DNA of 64,000 nucleotides from Porphyridium purpureum (Eukaryota): NCBI GenBank assembly GCA_008690995.1, contig VRMN01000005.1, positions 434,001 to 498,000 of the forward strand, read 5' to 3'. Shown piece by piece: positions 1 to 9,491 of this stretch (position 1 is its first letter; each line of letters starts with the position of its first letter). The notes under the pieces were generated by a model. It saw only the letters and a program-made list of their open reading frames with translations, ran no database searches and was not told where the DNA came from. The position numbers and the translations under genes were made by a program.

Positions 1-1
1 C

Positions 2-118
2 ATTACACGCAAGCAAAAGCTGCTGAAAAAGCAGGCCGCTGGCAAAAAGCGCATGAAACTCGTTGGTACCGTGTCGCTCCCTCAGGAAGCCTTCCGCAAG
101 ATCATTGCCTCTGACTAG
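2..118 (+). CDS. lepA: 3' end of translation factor LepA/GUF1 (EF-4), truncated by window start
   Basis: Manual translation from nt 2 gives [38 protein letters not shown], the LepA C-terminal signature (RKxKLLxKQxxGKKRMK...PQEAF). Stop TAG at 116-118. Confidence 0.9.
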   Translation: MTRKQKLLKKQAAGKKRMKLVGTVSLPQEAFRKIIASD

Positions 119-649
119 TGTACTTTTGCGACGGCTCATGTTGGCTGTCGGAAGCGTCGCAATGTCGTGATTTTCTGGTTCCAAAAGTTCTAGTGCATCG
201 AAACGGAATTTGTAGACAAAGGCCTAAGCTGGAGGCAGATGAGGGCGCGAACGCAGAAGATTCCGCAATATTTGCGGCCGATTTGTCATGCGCGAGCCAG
301 CGGAAGACAAGTACGTGAAAAGATACCCCAACGGCCGATGGAAAGCGGGAGAATTTGGGAAGGCGATTCTGACGGAATTGCGTTTCGCAGCGAATGCATT
401 TTTTGCGGGGTCATGTTTCCCCGAGGAACGAGTGTGAGAATCGTTGACGGAGAACGTGGAGTTGACGGCTATTAAAGCAGATGCGGCACGCGGACATGCG
501 GAGGGCAACGACAGAAGGAGGGCGAAAGGGTTTAGGTGGGGAGATCAGGGGAGGGGAGGGGACGGGAAGGGAGAGGTGTGAGGATTGGTGCAAAAGGTGC
601 GTGGAACGGGTTTGGAGCCACAGGAAGTTGGAACAGCCTCCCAGGAGGC

Positions 650-3600
650 ATGGATCCTGAGAGAAATGGCTCACCGAGGGACGTACTAGTTATTGAAAAG
701 CCTGCCCTGGGTCAGAATGTGGAACTTGGGCAAATGTACGATGCTCGCACAGGTCAAATCCTTGGAGGAATGTCGCTATGGGACATTCAGGTCGCCAATG
801 AAATCCTGGAAACAAAGAATCACGAAGCTCCGAGATTTGAGGATGCAGATTTGTTCAACTACTCTTGCTCTATTGAGGAAGCGCGTGAGAAGGCTGGTCT
901 CAACGCAGAGGATTGTCTGTTGCTGGATCTGGGACTGTTGAAAGCAAGAGGCTCCGCCACGCACGTTAGCATCACGAAGAAGAGCACGTATGAGGCAAGC
1001 GTTCATGCGACCTGCACCATCGTGCGACGCACGCGACGCATTCCCCAGAATGTACTGGCGAATTTGGATTATGGGGCCCATCTCAACAATCCCTTATGCA
1101 CACACTTTGTTGGAGAAGTCAGAGAGGGCGGTAGTGTGACATTCAGTTTTACGAAACGCTGCTCGTCCTCTATCGAGGTCGGCGAAGTATCTGGCGAGCT
1201 AGTCAAAAAACTGCAGTTGGCGATGAGTGGAGAGGCACGAGTTGGTGACAGGGAAAACGATTCGACAATTTTTGAGAACATTGACGTGTCGTGTAGTGGG
1301 GCTTTTACTGAGATTGTCAGCACTGTCGATGACGTGTGCAGAGTGGCGGCCACAATCCCGACAAAGCTGATTCAGCAAACGAATACATTGAGTTTCAGGT
1401 TGTTCCCTGTCGCGCTTCTTGACCCGAGCCTTAGTCGCGACATCCGCAAACTCGATACAGCACTTGTGAGAGATGCGGCAGCTGCACTTGAGGCTGGGAA
1501 GGAGGTGCGCCGCCGTCTTGAGGAACTAGCAAAGGAGAGTAGTATGGTGCACAAGCGATTTCCAGACATCAAAATGCAAGTCGAAAACTTGCACGGTGAA
1601 TTCACAAAGGCCGAGACAGAGTTTACAAGCAAAGTTTGCGGCCTTCTGCCGGAACTTCGAGATAATCGGTCCCCTCTTTTGTCGAAGTCGGGTGAACTGG
1701 AGCATGCCGTGGCTCTATACAAGCAGCGCACGTCGTATGCTGCGCAATTCATTGACGTGAAGGTCAAAGAGGCAAAGGTACTGCAAGCCACCGTCTCAGA
1801 GCTGCTCGACGATGGCTTTGAAAATCTCCTCGCAGACGGCACTGAGACGCTGTCTATGGTCGGTCCACAGACACTCATGCTCCTGTTGTCACTATGCTGT
1901 TCTGAAATCACTCGTACCACGCATCCCTTACAGAATCGCATGGCAAATGCACGAGTATCTGCTACTGTGTTGAATGGTGACTCTATTGAAAGCGATAGTA
2001 CTGATGACGACAGTTGCGATGAAGGTGACGAATGGTTCGACCAAGATCAAACGATATCCCGTGTGGGGGCCGCAAGGGACGAGATGCGTCATCTGCGCGC
2101 TCGACTCAGGGGTTCCGGTGCGATGGCACCACAAGTCAGTTTCGGGGTAGCAAGTGTCAAGAAAGCGCTCAGACTAGGCGACGTGAAGCGAAAGACGACG
2201 TACGTGGGTGACATTGTGCTTATTGGTAGCGGACCAGCGCCTCTTGTGGTTTCCGGGCTGTTGCCTGGGAAGCCGCCGTCACCTGCAGTCATTGTCATTG
2301 AGCAAACAGCATCAGTATCTTGGTCACTGAAGTTGCGCAGTGAAGCTCAGGAGGAAGCCATGCCAACTACGAGCTTTGTCGTTCGATATCGCCCACGACC
2401 TAATGCGGCGCGGGACGGAGCCATTGAGCGAGTCTCCGACAATGAAGCATTTATGGAAATGCGTGTCGACTTGGCTGCTGCGACTGCTGTTGCAAATGGA
2501 GAAGACTCGACTCGTTTGATTCTTGGAAACCTATTGGACAATTGCGATTATGAGGTGTGTCTGTGCGTTGAGACGATCGTGGGACCATCAGAATGGAGTG
2601 CTGCAACAATTGTGCGCACCTCGAAGCTACCCTCGACAGCGACTAGGATGATTGACTTTTTCAACCACGGTAGCATTAATCGGCAGACGATGCAAGGCGA
2701 TTCGAGACCGTGGCATCTGACAAGCGATGTCCAGCCGACTCTCTATCTCGGCAACCGAACTATAGCCACCCGCAAGTGCGGCCAAGACACGCGTTTCCCC
2801 GGTGAATTGGCGATACGCGTGGTCGATGTCGCGCCAGAATTTATGCCTGAAGTTACTGCACACAATGCCAGGGACGAAGAAAATACGAAGATCATTGTGT
2901 TCGTGGGCGCGAGCGGGCACGGTAAGAGCACCCAGATCAACGCATTCTTTTCGTATCTCCTCGGAGGCGAGCTTGATGACAGCGCTCGCATCATGGTAAT
3001 TGACGATCGAGGAGCAGACCAGGCGAAGTCTGTGACGAAGTATATTACCTGCTACCGCGTCCGTCCGTTTTCACCTCTTTTTGAGGGCAAGACCCTTTGG
3101 ATTGTTGACACACCTGGATACGGAGACTCGGAATCGTTCGATCGAGATCGTTACATCAGCGTTGCCATGCACGAGCTATTCGGTCTCATCAAGCACGTGC
3201 ATGCTATCGTGTTCACATGTCGCGCTAATGAAATCCGAACGACCATCTTACAGATGGTGGCGACTCAAGTATTCGACCGGTTTGCGAGGAATTTGCGCGG
3301 TTGCTTGCGTACCATTTACACTTTCAGCGACGTTGGCACGCCGCAGGCGCGGCGCGCGCTGGAAGCCGTGGGATGGCCAGTAGATAATGGCGATGTGGAG
3401 GTCAACAACGCTGCGTTTGGTGTAGCCGCGCCCGCCAATGCCGCAGATCCCAAAATTCGCGACTGGTGGAAATTGTCCATGAATGGTCAGGCTCGTGTTC
3501 TGAGCATGCTATTCCGTATGTCGCCGTTGCCCACAGACCCTTCCAGAAATGTGACGGAAACGAGGCTTGAACTTGACCAGAAATGCGACCTTGTTGAGAA

Positions 3601-4561
3601 AAAGATTCTTCTGACGGCAAATGATGCCCAGGTGCTGAGGGCACAATTGGGTGCATTGGCCGGTGCTGTTGGTGCTGCGCCAGGTCAAAAGGTGGAGGTG
3701 AAGACAGTTGAGACGAGACAAGAAGATCTACCTTCCGGGAAATTTACAACTCTGTGTACGAATTGCCATCGAAGCTGTCACGAGATTTGCTCCTTGAAGG
3801 ACGACGCTGATAAGATCAGGTGCTGGGCTATGGATTCCGACGGGCACTGTAGGATATGCAAGGGTCACTGTCTTTGGACAGCACATAAGAATACGACGTT
3901 CATTCTTCGACCGTTCGAGCGGACTCAATATATGGTACCACAAGAACTGATTAACAGGTGGGACAAAAACAACAAACTGTTGGAGGCTGCCCTATTGAAC
4001 ATGATTGAAAGGTACATAAACCTTCAAAAAGATCTCCGCGCGGATATCATGTATCTAGCGGAGCTCACAGAGCGATTGAAGAAAACGGCGCTGCTGTATA
4101 ACCCTGCTTTGTTATTGAACTACATCGACAGCCTTATTCATACCTCACGTGCGCGAGGCGCTTCAGCGGAGCAGATTGCTCAGCTGACCACAGCCAAAAA
4201 TACGCTGCTCATTTTGAAGCAAGTGAAAGAGTCCGGTGGAGAGAATGCGGCGCGTGACTCGCTCGTGCTCGCTGACGTTTTGGGAAAGGTGATGAAGGAA
4301 ATGACGCGTCGGACAAAGTTGGACGCGAATCAGCGTGCCGAAGAGGAGGATGAATCATGCGGACTCTACAATGAGCTTTGGACCACTCTGCCAGACTACA
4401 TTCAGACCAAAGCGCCAGCAAAGCTGAAAACCGGTGGACTGTTCAACCTTGGAAAAGGTGGCGCGAAGTATGCGGAGAATTTGAAGGCTGTTGTAGAGCT
4501 CGTGAAGCTCATACTGACGGATGGCGGTGTCTTGGCAGAATTAGCAAAGTCCTTGGGGTGA
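650..4561 (+). CDS. Stonustoxin/verrucotoxin-like MACPF-CDC domain + FN3 + AIG1/septin-like P-loop GTPase + Cys/His-rich domain + coiled coil (1303 aa)
   Basis: First ATG of the 536..4561 ORF is at 650. N-terminal PALGQNVELGQMYDART..SLW and THFVGEVREGG resemble stonustoxin subunits. FN3-like segment (PGKPPSP..VSWS..VRYR..LLDNCDYEVCL..GPSEWS). G1 GASGHGKST, G3 DTPGYGD. CxxC..CHxxC..C..CxxCxxxCxWxxH cluster. Confidence 0.8.
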   Translation: MDPERNGSPRDVLVIEKPALGQNVELGQMYDARTGQILGGMSLWDIQVANEILETKNHEAPRFEDADLFNYSCSIEEAREKAGLNAEDCLLLDLGLLKARGSATHVSITKKSTYEASVHATCTIVRRTRRIPQNVLANLDYGAHLNNPLCTHFVGEVREGGSVTFSFTKRCSSSIEVGEVSGELVKKLQLAMSGEARVGDRENDSTIFENIDVSCSGAFTEIVSTVDDVCRVAATIPTKLIQQTNTLSFRLFPVALLDPSLSRDIRKLDTALVRDAAAALEAGKEVRRRLEELAKESSMVHKRFPDIKMQVENLHGEFTKAETEFTSKVCGLLPELRDNRSPLLSKSGELEHAVALYKQRTSYAAQFIDVKVKEAKVLQATVSELLDDGFENLLADGTETLSMVGPQTLMLLLSLCCSEITRTTHPLQNRMANARVSATVLNGDSIESDSTDDDSCDEGDEWFDQDQTISRVGAARDEMRHLRARLRGSGAMAPQVSFGVASVKKALRLGDVKRKTTYVGDIVLIGSGPAPLVVSGLLPGKPPSPAVIVIEQTASVSWSLKLRSEAQEEAMPTTSFVVRYRPRPNAARDGAIERVSDNEAFMEMRVDLAAATAVANGEDSTRLILGNLLDNCDYEVCLCVETIVGPSEWSAATIVRTSKLPSTATRMIDFFNHGSINRQTMQGDSRPWHLTSDVQPTLYLGNRTIATRKCGQDTRFPGELAIRVVDVAPEFMPEVTAHNARDEENTKIIVFVGASGHGKSTQINAFFSYLLGGELDDSARIMVIDDRGADQAKSVTKYITCYRVRPFSPLFEGKTLWIVDTPGYGDSESFDRDRYISVAMHELFGLIKHVHAIVFTCRANEIRTTILQMVATQVFDRFARNLRGCLRTIYTFSDVGTPQARRALEAVGWPVDNGDVEVNNAAFGVAAPANAADPKIRDWWKLSMNGQARVLSMLFRMSPLPTDPSRNVTETRLELDQKCDLVEKKILLTANDAQVLRAQLGALAGAVGAAPGQKVEVKTVETRQEDLPSGKFTTLCTNCHRSCHEICSLKDDADKIRCWAMDSDGHCRICKGHCLWTAHKNTTFILRPFERTQYMVPQELINRWDKNNKLLEAALLNMIERYINLQKDLRADIMYLAELTERLKKTALLYNPALLLNYIDSLIHTSRARGASAEQIAQLTTAKNTLLILKQVKESGGENAARDSLVLADVLGKVMKEMTRRTKLDANQRAEEEDESCGLYNELWTTLPDYIQTKAPAKLKTGGLFNLGKGGAKYAENLKAVVELVKLILTDGGVLAELAKSLG

Positions 4562-4987
4562 GTGTGTGTTTGTGTGTATTTGGGTGTTTATTTGGTTTGA
4601 ACGATCCTTGGCCAGGATGCGAATGCGGACTCGAAAGCAGAGGTTTTTGTCCCAGGGGGATTTCCTCGAGCGGAGCGATGGATCTAGATATGAAAGATTG
4701 TGCAATTTTACGCCGACAGAGCCTTGATTCTCCATTTTCTCATTCTTTAACTGCGCGGTACCACAGCTGCTACGGACTGTCAGGCCGAGATGTACAACCA
4801 AACACGTCTCCCAGTACCCACCCGAGCCCCGGCGCCTCCACTGCGCACAAACTAGCCGCCGCTGGTCGGTGGCTTGAAGACGTTTCAGCTTCATCCGCGG
4901 CGTCACTCGAGATGTCTTTACTTTTGTGCCACGCGAGTTGGTCCGCACATGTCGCGCGTCTCACGCGCAGAAGCGAAGTCTTCAAGT

Positions 4988-5037
4988 TGTACCTATGCTG
5001 TACCTATACTGTACTTATAGTGTACTTATAGTGTACC
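4988..5037. repeat. Tandem 11-bp repeat, TGTACYTATRS x ~4.5
   Basis: tgtacctatgc tgtacctatac tgtacttatag tgtacttatag tgtacc read directly. Confidence 0.9.
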
Positions 5038-5360
5038 GCGTGCCGCTTTTCAACTCGCGAGATTTTGTTCCACACGGCAGAACAAACCAGCACAAAGCCG
5101 ATCGAGGGTGCAGAGGTGGAAGGAGGAAGGCGGGAGAAGGAAGGACAGAGTGGTATAAAGAAAGGCGGAAGCGCGTGCGACAAAACTTCGCGCGTCACCA
5201 GATACACCAAATCGAGAAGCTTGCGATCGCAGAGTCGAGTATACGTGCTGTTAGTGCTTGTTGCGAGGTGGTGGGGCGACGACGGACGTTCGGTGAGGTG
5301 AGTGACAGAACAGCAGCAAGGGGGAGACAGAGATAAAGAGAAGGAAAAAAAGGAGGCAGG

Positions 5361-6005
5361 ATGGCGTTCGTAGGTCATGCTGTATCGCGGGTGTCGGTAC
5401 GACGTGCTGGTGCGGTGTGTATGGCGGCGGTGGAGGAGGATGGTCGCGCGGCGAGCGGATCGGCGAGCGGCTCTGCTGCGAATGTGAACCGTCGCGCGGT
5501 GCTCGGCGGGCTGATTGGCGTGGCAGCGGCCGTCGGTGTGCAAGGTGGTGTACGCGACGCGCAGGCCGGCGCGGGTGGCGCGTTCTCGTCGACCGTGTTT
5601 CCCAAGGCAAGCTTCCCGGACAAGCTCGACATGGACAAGGAAGCCCTCAAGGACCCTAAAGTACAGGCCGGCCTCAAGGATCTGCGCAAGTATCGCTCTG
5701 CTCTTGACAAGGTGCTGGCAGACTTCAAGGCCGATCCGCAGATGGACGTGGCCGCGAAGATGCGAGCCGAATTTAGCGTCTCGCAGCTGCGCAACGACCT
5801 CAACTCGGTGAACGCCGTGTTTGACGAGGAGACCCAGAAGGCAACCGATCGTGTGGTTCGCGCAATCATTCAAGACATCCGCGAGATCGAGACCGCCGCC
5901 GTCGTCAAGAAGGGGTACGAGAGAACGCCGAAGAAGATTGAGAAGACAACGGGATGGATTACCCAGATGCAGAACGACTTTGACAAGTTGCTCGCCCTGT
6001 ATTGA
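5361..6005 (+). CDS. psbQ': Photosystem II extrinsic protein PsbQ' (red-lineage), plastid/lumen targeted
   Basis: MAFV-type transit peptide, twin-arginine lumen signal (NRRAVL...AQA), and FDEETQKATDRVVRAIIQDIREIE motif typical of red algal/diatom PsbQ'. Confidence 0.88.
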   Translation: MAFVGHAVSRVSVRRAGAVCMAAVEEDGRAASGSASGSAANVNRRAVLGGLIGVAAAVGVQGGVRDAQAGAGGAFSSTVFPKASFPDKLDMDKEALKDPKVQAGLKDLRKYRSALDKVLADFKADPQMDVAAKMRAEFSVSQLRNDLNSVNAVFDEETQKATDRVVRAIIQDIREIETAAVVKKGYERTPKKIEKTTGWITQMQNDFDKLLALY

Positions 6006-6107
6006 GCTTCGAGTCAGATCTCACACCAGTTTTAATAGACGAGATTGATAAACTTTTTCAGCGCATGGGAGATTGAGACACAAGGAGAAGGATCGTCTGG
6101 AAGAGGA

Positions 6108-7238
6108 ATGGAGGCGGTGAGGACAAGCACGCTTGATAGGCAAGCGTCCCGGCGCGCCCGCCGCCACCTGGCTCGTGCGGAGGCGGCGTCGGCGCAGGCG
6201 GCGCGAAATGTTGTCGACTTATTTGTGCAGGCGGTCCGCGACGCGCGCGACCATCTTGCGGCGGGCGGCGTGGCGCGTGGCGTGTCCGTGCTGGTGATGC
6301 ACCCCGTGGACTCGATCAAGACCCGACTGCAGGCTGCCGCACCAGGCGCCGGCGCGCCCATCGATGCGGTCAAGGCGTTCCTGGCGTCCGGGCGCGTGTT
6401 CGCGGGCGTTGGAATCTCGTTGTTTGGACAGATTCCATACGGCATGCTTACTTTCGGTGCGTATGAGGCGTACAAGGAAGTCTTGGCGCAAAAATTCCCC
6501 GCAATGCCGAGCGAGTTACGCGTGATGCTCGGTGCCTGTCTTGGCGATCTCACGGGCTCGTTGTGGCTGTGTCCGGCGGAACGCATCAAGCAAACCTTGC
6601 AATCGGGCGTGCACGGTAGCGTTCTTGAAGCGGTGAGGAAAACATACAAGAATGGCGGCTTACCAGGGTTCTACCAGGGCTATTCGGGACAAATCGGGCG
6701 CGACGTGCCATTCCGAATCATCCAGCTGTCAGTGTATGAAAAAATCAAGGCCATGTACGCTCGTGCATATTTGAAGGAGCGCGAGGCCGTCACGACTGAC
6801 AACCTAATCATTGGCGCGTTGGCCGGCTCAATCAGTTCTGTGCTAACTGCGCCGCTCGACGTGATCAAGACGCGGCTTATGACCGATCAGGGCGGTTCCG
6901 CGCGGGTTTACAAGAATGCGCTCGACTGTGTGGTCAAAATTGTCCGAGCAGAAGGGCCTGGTGTGCTTGCCCGCGGCGTGGTTCCGCGCGTCATTTATAT
7001 CACGCCGTCCGTGGCCATCTTTTTTGCCGTATACGAGGCCACGCTCCGTTTCATCCGCAATCGCCGCGCTGCGGCGGATCCCAGTGCAGCAACGAGGGCG
7101 GCGTCCGTGCCCGCTTTTCTTCTGCGCCCGATCGCGCGCGCGACCCACCTCACTGCGTTCTGGGATCGCCGCCGCAGTCGAGTCAATGGAGCAGCCTTCG
7201 GTGCACCCATGCTATTACCCAGACGCCGCTTCGCATGA
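6108..7238 (+). CDS. Mitochondrial carrier family protein, S-adenosylmethionine-carrier-like
   Basis: Three PxDxxKxR-type repeats (HPVDSIKTRLQ, CPAERIKQTLQ, APLDVIKTRLM) and RDVPF motif. First ATG at 6108. Confidence 0.88.
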   Translation: MEAVRTSTLDRQASRRARRHLARAEAASAQAARNVVDLFVQAVRDARDHLAAGGVARGVSVLVMHPVDSIKTRLQAAAPGAGAPIDAVKAFLASGRVFAGVGISLFGQIPYGMLTFGAYEAYKEVLAQKFPAMPSELRVMLGACLGDLTGSLWLCPAERIKQTLQSGVHGSVLEAVRKTYKNGGLPGFYQGYSGQIGRDVPFRIIQLSVYEKIKAMYARAYLKEREAVTTDNLIIGALAGSISSVLTAPLDVIKTRLMTDQGGSARVYKNALDCVVKIVRAEGPGVLARGVVPRVIYITPSVAIFFAVYEATLRFIRNRRAAADPSAATRAASVPAFLLRPIARATHLTAFWDRRRSRVNGAAFGAPMLLPRRRFA

Positions 7239-7472
7239 GACCCACGTAAAAGACACCCACACGCACCATGCGCAAAACCAGCACCTGAGTCCACGAGACT
7301 CCAAACTCAGAGCACATCTGTGCACATCTCACAAAGCAGCAGCAGCCGCAGCCGCAGCAGTAGTTGTAGCAGTAGGAAGTCAGAACAGGATAAACGGCAG
7401 AAGAGACGACGCGCCCACGAGCCACGCGCAGACGACCCGAGCTGCGCCAGCCACCACTGCCGGAACCCACGT

Positions 7473-7528
7473 CACACACACACACACACACACGCACACA
7501 CACACACACCCACACACACACGCACACA
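7473..7528. repeat. Imperfect (CA)n microsatellite
   Basis: Run of CA dinucleotides with a few interruptions in the intergenic region. Confidence 0.9.
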
Positions 7529-8168
7529 TGCACGCTCACCACGCTTCGCGGTCTGTGTTGCCGCGTGGCGAGACGCACGTTACGCCGGTGTTGCCCTGAC
7601 ACTATTCTACCCCCCATTTTCCGATCCAAACACACACGTGTTGCGATTCTGCATTGTCGGACACAGACGCAAAGAGAAGCGCGTGACGGTCACCAGAAAC
7701 CATCTGAAACCATCCGAAATCATCCGAACTCGTCAGAATCAGCACGGACATCAGATTTTCGCGCAGTTTCCCCAAGTGCGCATGGACACGAGCGCTGAAT
7801 TTGACAGGGGGGAGGACACGCGTGCTGTGTGCGTTTCTGCGGGCGTATGTTATTTTGGGAGACAAGTGGAAGAGAACGTGAAGGTGAAGAGGGTGAAGAG
7901 GGGAGGTGGGGAGGTGGAGGGAGGGGTAAGGCAGAGCGCGCATATATGTGCGGTGGAGTGGGGTGGGCGGGTGGTGGGCGTGCGTCGAGCTGAAGCGTCG
8001 GGTGACCGCTCGACACTTTCCTCGTCCGCGCGGTCACGAGTCGTTGGGTTTGGCGTTTGGGGTTGGGGTTGGCGGGGAGTCGAGGGGTTGCGTTTGGTGC
8101 GAGGGTTGGAGCGAGGTGCCGGACGTTGAGGCGTACTGGGAAGTGAGGGTGCGGGCAAGGGAGGCGTG

Positions 8169-9293
8169 ATGGCGCAGCGGTTTTCGCAGCGGCTGAGCTC
8201 GGCAGTGCGCGGCGCGTCCGAAAGGATGGGCTCGTTGCGCGGCTCGCAGACGGACAAGAACGAGATTCGCCAGAAGCAGGCGCTCACGGATAAGGGCATC
8301 ACGCTGGTGGAGAGGCTTGGCGTGGGCGGGCAGGGCGAGGTGTTCAAGGCGACCATGCGTTTGAAGGGAGGCGAGGAGGCCGTCGCAGTGAAGGTTATTC
8401 CCAAGTCCATGGTGCGTGACGAGGACAGTAAGAGCGCCGTCAGGTTGGAAATCTCGCTCCTGTCAGAGATTGAACATCCGAACGTTGTCAAATTTTACAC
8501 AGCCATTGAGGACTCCAAATACTGGTACGTGGTGATCGAGTTGCTGAATGGCGGTGACCTGTACGACCGCATACAAAAGGGCGCCTTTTCCGAAATGCAA
8601 ATTGTCAAGTTTGCAGAGTACACCTTTTCCATCTTGCAGCACCTCCATGCCATGAACATTGCGCATCGCGACCTTAAGCTCGAGAACTTTATGCTGCACA
8701 AAGATGTCGAGACAGGTGAGGAGACCGTCAAGCTCATTGATTTTGGCCTCGCGTACAAGCGCAAAAACAACAAAAAGTTTGTGACCGACGGACACCCAGG
8801 GACGCTGTCGTACCAGGCACCCGAAATCGTGCGCCAGCAGGCGTACATTCCGGAAAAGGTGGACGTGTGGTGTGCGGGCGTCATGATTTATAGCGCGGTT
8901 GAAAAAGCATTTCCATTCTACGGAGAAAATGAACGCCAAATCGAGCGAGCCATTCTTGTGAATAAGCCAAAGTGTAGCTCGCCATCCTGGAGGCTAGCGG
9001 GGCCCGAGTTTGAGGCAATCGTGCGGCTGTGCCTCGAGAAGGACCAGAAGAAACGCCCCACCGCAACTCAGGCGCTCAAGAAGATCCGCCACATTACAAA
9101 TCAAAAGGTCGCCGCGAGCCCCAGACACAACCCGCAGACCGTCGATCTCTCCAACAAGGACACGAGGCTCAGACGAATGGGCCGCGCCATGTCGTCACGT
9201 TTCACCTCGTCGGGCTCTCAAAGGAATCTGACCGCCAGCGGCTCATCCAAATTCCTGAGCAGCGGCAGCTCAAAGAATCTCGCGGTTGCCTGA
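8169..9293 (+). CDS. Ser/Thr protein kinase, CAMK-group-like
   Basis: LGVGGQGEV, VAVK, HRDLKLEN, DFG, APE and DVWCAG kinase motifs. No EF hands seen. Confidence 0.92.
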   Translation: MAQRFSQRLSSAVRGASERMGSLRGSQTDKNEIRQKQALTDKGITLVERLGVGGQGEVFKATMRLKGGEEAVAVKVIPKSMVRDEDSKSAVRLEISLLSEIEHPNVVKFYTAIEDSKYWYVVIELLNGGDLYDRIQKGAFSEMQIVKFAEYTFSILQHLHAMNIAHRDLKLENFMLHKDVETGEETVKLIDFGLAYKRKNNKKFVTDGHPGTLSYQAPEIVRQQAYIPEKVDVWCAGVMIYSAVEKAFPFYGENERQIERAILVNKPKCSSPSWRLAGPEFEAIVRLCLEKDQKKRPTATQALKKIRHITNQKVAASPRHNPQTVDLSNKDTRLRRMGRAMSSRFTSSGSQRNLTASGSSKFLSSGSSKNLAVA

Positions 9294-9491
9294 CACCACT
9301 GCGGTGCAATCCGATCTGCCTCGGCGCATGCGATGCGCCGTGCAGATCTGGATGGGTGCACATTTTGCAAATGAGTCCTGCGGCGTTGCTCATGCTAATA
9401 AAAGAATGAAGAAAATCACTGATTGATGCGCACGAGCCATCGCGACCGACCGAAGCCAATACCAACAGAGTCCGCATACTCTTTCCGTTGT

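Noticed and set aside
536..4561. Lower GC of the toxin-GTPase gene as proof of horizontal transfer or mobility
   Set aside because: A single 60-nt spot check was lower in GC than psbQ', but other genes here look similar. No terminal repeats, target-site duplication or transposase were seen.
4988..5037. Short direct repeats as a possible CRISPR array
   Set aside because: Units are 11 bp and contiguous, with no spacers and no cas genes, in a eukaryotic context.
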